Shown one piece after another: positions 61,732 through 64,000 of a DNA stretch of 64,000 nucleotides. Position 1 is the first letter of the stretch; each line of letters begins with the position of its first letter. Below the pieces are notes generated by a model, which had not been told where the DNA came from, made no database searches, and saw nothing but the letters and a program-made list of their open reading frames with translations. The translations under genes were made by a program, and so were the position numbers. Origin of the DNA: an uncultured Candidatus Rokubacteria bacterium. GTDB lineage: Bacteria; Methylomirabilota; Methylomirabilia; Rokubacteriales; CSP1-6. The DNA lies in contig CAWBMV010000037.1 of NCBI GenBank assembly GCA_963789955.1, positions 64,001 through 128,000 on the forward strand. The letters are read 5' to 3'.

Positions 61732-62862
61732 ATGGATGGCAGAGAGCAAACACCGGACCTGGGTCGCGTGTCCGAGCGAGCTCGGGCCACGCTTCGCCGA
61801 GCGCGCCGCCGCGCACGACGCCAACGACATCGTTCGTGGCCGACAACTACGACGAGCTCCGGACGCACCGGGTCTTTTCGGCCGGGGTGCCCGCCGAGCT
61901 CGGCGGCGGCGGCGCGTCTCACGCCTGAGCTTTGCGCGATGCTGAGATCCTTCGCGCACTACTGCAGCTCGACGGCGCTGGCGCTTTCGATGCACACCCA
62001 CCTGGTGGCCGTCCCCGCGTGGCGCTGGCGTCACGAGCAGGCGCCGGTCGATCCATTTCTCCGTCGCGTCGCGGCCGAAGAGCTCATTCTCGTCTCGACC
62101 GGCGGGTCGGACTTCCTGGCGGGCAGCGGAACGGCCCGAGAAGGTCGAGGGCGGCTATCGGATCACCGGCCGCAAGATCTTCGGCAGCGGCTCGCCGGGT
62201 GGCGACCTGCTGATGACGATGGCGGTCTTCGACGACCCGCAGCACGGGCCCACGGTGTTGCATTTCCCGTTCCGCTCGACGCGCCCGGCGTTAAGATTCT
62301 CGACAACTGGCGCACGCTCGGCATGCGCGCGACCGGATCGAACGACATCGTGCTGGACGAGGTGTTCGTGCCTGATTCCGCCGTCGGCATCCGACGGACG
62401 CCCGGGGTCTGGAGCCCTCCCTTCCACACGATCGATACGATCGCCTTGCCGCTCGTCTACTCGGTCTACGTCGGCGTCGCCGAGCGCGCGCGTGACCTGG
62501 CGCTGCGCGAGGCGTCGAAGAAGCGCCAAGGACCCGACCGTCCAGCGCTCGTCGGTGAGATGGACAACGAGCTGACGACGGCGCGGCTGGCACTCCGGCA
62601 CATGATCGACGTCGCCGCGACCGACACGATAGGCGCGGAGACGACCAACGCGGTCCTCGTCGGGCGCACGCTCGCCGGACGGGCGGCCATCGGACGGTGG
62701 AGCAGGCGATGGAGGTCGTCGGCGGCGCCGCGTTCTATCCGCGCTCTCGGGCTCGAGCGACTCTTCCGCGACGTCCAGGGCGCCCGCTACCACCAGGTGC
62801 GAGAGCCCGCACAGGTGCTCTACGCGGGACGACTCGCGCTCGGTTTGGATGTGAACGGTTGA
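61732..62862 (+). CDS. Acyl-CoA dehydrogenase-family flavoprotein, heavily frameshifted
   Basis: VPAELGGGG, STALALSMH, GRKIFGSG, WRTLGMRATGS, LERLFRD. Confidence 0.82.
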   Translation: MDGREQTPDLGRVSERARATLRRARRRARRQRHRSWPTTTTSSGRTGSFRPGCPPSSAAAARLTPELCAMLRSFAHYCSSTALALSMHTHLVAVPAWRWRHEQAPVDPFLRRVAAEELILVSTGGSDFLAGSGTAREGRGRLSDHRPQDLRQRLAGWRPADDDGGLRRPAARAHGVAFPVPLDAPGVKILDNWRTLGMRATGSNDIVLDEVFVPDSAVGIRRTPGVWSPPFHTIDTIALPLVYSVYVGVAERARDLALREASKKRQGPDRPALVGEMDNELTTARLALRHMIDVAATDTIGAETTNAVLVGRTLAGRAAIGRWSRRWRSSAAPRSIRALGLERLFRDVQGARYHQVREPAQVLYAGRLALGLDVNG

Positions 62863-62917
62863 ATCCTCGATCACGATCAATGCTCTACCCGAGCATGAAG
62901 GAGTCCGGCCCATGCAT

Positions 62918-64000
62918 ATGAAAAACCGCATCGCCGCCCTCATCCTGATTGCCACGACTTTGACCGGCGCGCTCTACGCCCGCGCCGACGTCGTCACCGA
63001 CGCGAACGCCAAAGCCGCCGACATCGCCTCGAAGGCTCCGGGGACTCCACCGGCGGTGAGGATCATGGCGTTCGTCCAGACCTCGGTATTCGAGGCAGCC
63101 AACGCGATTACCGGTCGCTATCCGCCGCTCATGGCGAAGATCAACGCGGCGCCCGGGGCGTCGGTCGATGCCGCGGTCGCCGCCGCGACGCGGACGGCGC
63201 TCGCGAAGCTGATGCCCACCCAGCAGGCGGCAATCGATGCCGACTACGAGGCCGCCCTGAAGCTGGTGCCGGATGGCGCGGCCAAGACCAGCGGCATCGC
63301 GGTCGGCGAGCAGGCGGCGACCGCGTGCCTCGCCCGCGTCGACGAAGGGCTCGGCCTACCGGACGCGTATCGCCCCCACACGGCGCCGGGTGTCTATGTC
63401 CCGACCTTCATGCCGGCGGTGCCGAACTGGGGCAAGCGGAAACCCTGGGTGATGACCAGCGGCGCGCAGTTCCGGCCGGGGCCCCCACCCGCCCTGACGA
63501 GTGAAGCGTGGGCCCGTGACTACAACGAGATCAAAGCGATCGGGGCGAAGAACAGCACGCGGCGCACGCCGGAGCAGACCGCCATCGCCAAGTTCTGGGA
63601 AGCGACGGCGCCGGCGGTCTACTGGCCCGTGGCGCGCGCGGTGGCGGCCGCCCCGGGGCGGGACGTCACCGCGAACGCCCGCCTGCTGGCGATCGCGGCG
63701 ATGGCGATGGACGACGCGCTGATCGCGGTGTTCGACGCCAAGTACACCTATAACCTCTGGCGTCCGGTCACGGCGATTCGTAATGGCGACGTCGACGGCA
63801 ACGATGCCACCGAGCGCGATCCGAGCTGGACACCGTTCATCGACACGCCCATGCACCCGGAGTACCCGTGTGCCCATTGCATCGTCTCAGCCTCGCTCGC
63901 CGCCGTGCTCCAGGCCGAGCTCGCCAGCGGCCCGGTGCCGGCCCTGAGCTCGGCGAGCTCGACCGCGGGCGGCGCGGTGCGCACGTGGAAGAGCGTCGAC
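62918..64000 (+). CDS. Secreted vanadium-dependent haloperoxidase / PAP2-superfamily protein, runs off window end
   Basis: Manual translation MKNRIAALILIATT... (signal peptide), DYNEIKAIG, IAKFW, FDAKYTYNLWRP, TPMHPEYPCAH. Confidence 0.82.
   Translation, partial: MKNRIAALILIATTLTGALYARADVVTDANAKAADIASKAPGTPPAVRIMAFVQTSVFEAANAITGRYPPLMAKINAAPGASVDAAVAAATRTALAKLMPTQQAAIDADYEAALKLVPDGAAKTSGIAVGEQAATACLARVDEGLGLPDAYRPHTAPGVYVPTFMPAVPNWGKRKPWVMTSGAQFRPGPPPALTSEAWARDYNEIKAIGAKNSTRRTPEQTAIAKFWEATAPAVYWPVARAVAAAPGRDVTANARLLAIAAMAMDDALIAVFDAKYTYNLWRPVTAIRNGDVDGNDATERDPSWTPFIDTPMHPEYPCAHCIVSASLAAVLQAELASGPVPALSSASSTAGGAVRTWKSVD

Overview
This is a high-GC (about 70%) bacterial chromosomal window with densely packed, mostly overlap-coupled operons. 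Gene content and repeat style suggest a soil organism such as Ca. Rokubacteria/Methylomirabilota, but that is inference only. The left part holds a form II cox-type molybdo-hydroxylase cluster (coxSLM, hydrolase, MocA-like, CoxD-like), an IS1202/IS481-like element with TGT...ACA ends and a 6-bp target duplication, and an rlmN-mtaB-mtnP-pfkB-larE-larB-larC operon with no larA. Next come a thrC-like/MoaD-ThiS/NIL/aminotransferase/glycerate kinase/CPA2 operon, a ModE-like regulator with a truncated MOT1 transporter fused to half of a Crp/Fnr gene, and a family B DNA polymerase + phosphatase facing an Rv2578c-type radical SAM gene. The right part holds an moeA-tldD2-rhodanese-pmbA2-transketolase-mug operon, fumC, a NicO-type transporter, a membrane glycosylation cluster, canonical tldD-pmbA-tatD, and a secreted vanadium-haloperoxidase-like gene running off the end. 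The most notable signals are: (1) an exported rhodanese with in-frame UGA at the catalytic Cys position and a SECIS-like hairpin, lying between a divergent TldD/PmbA pair; (2) dispersed intergenic repeats that keep reading frame or stop/start overlap with the downstream gene; (3) an 18-bp bidirectional leaderless promoter; (4) a CRP-type box centred at -41.5. About 19 genes carry single-base frameshifts, most likely long-read consensus errors, so several gene boundaries are approximate.
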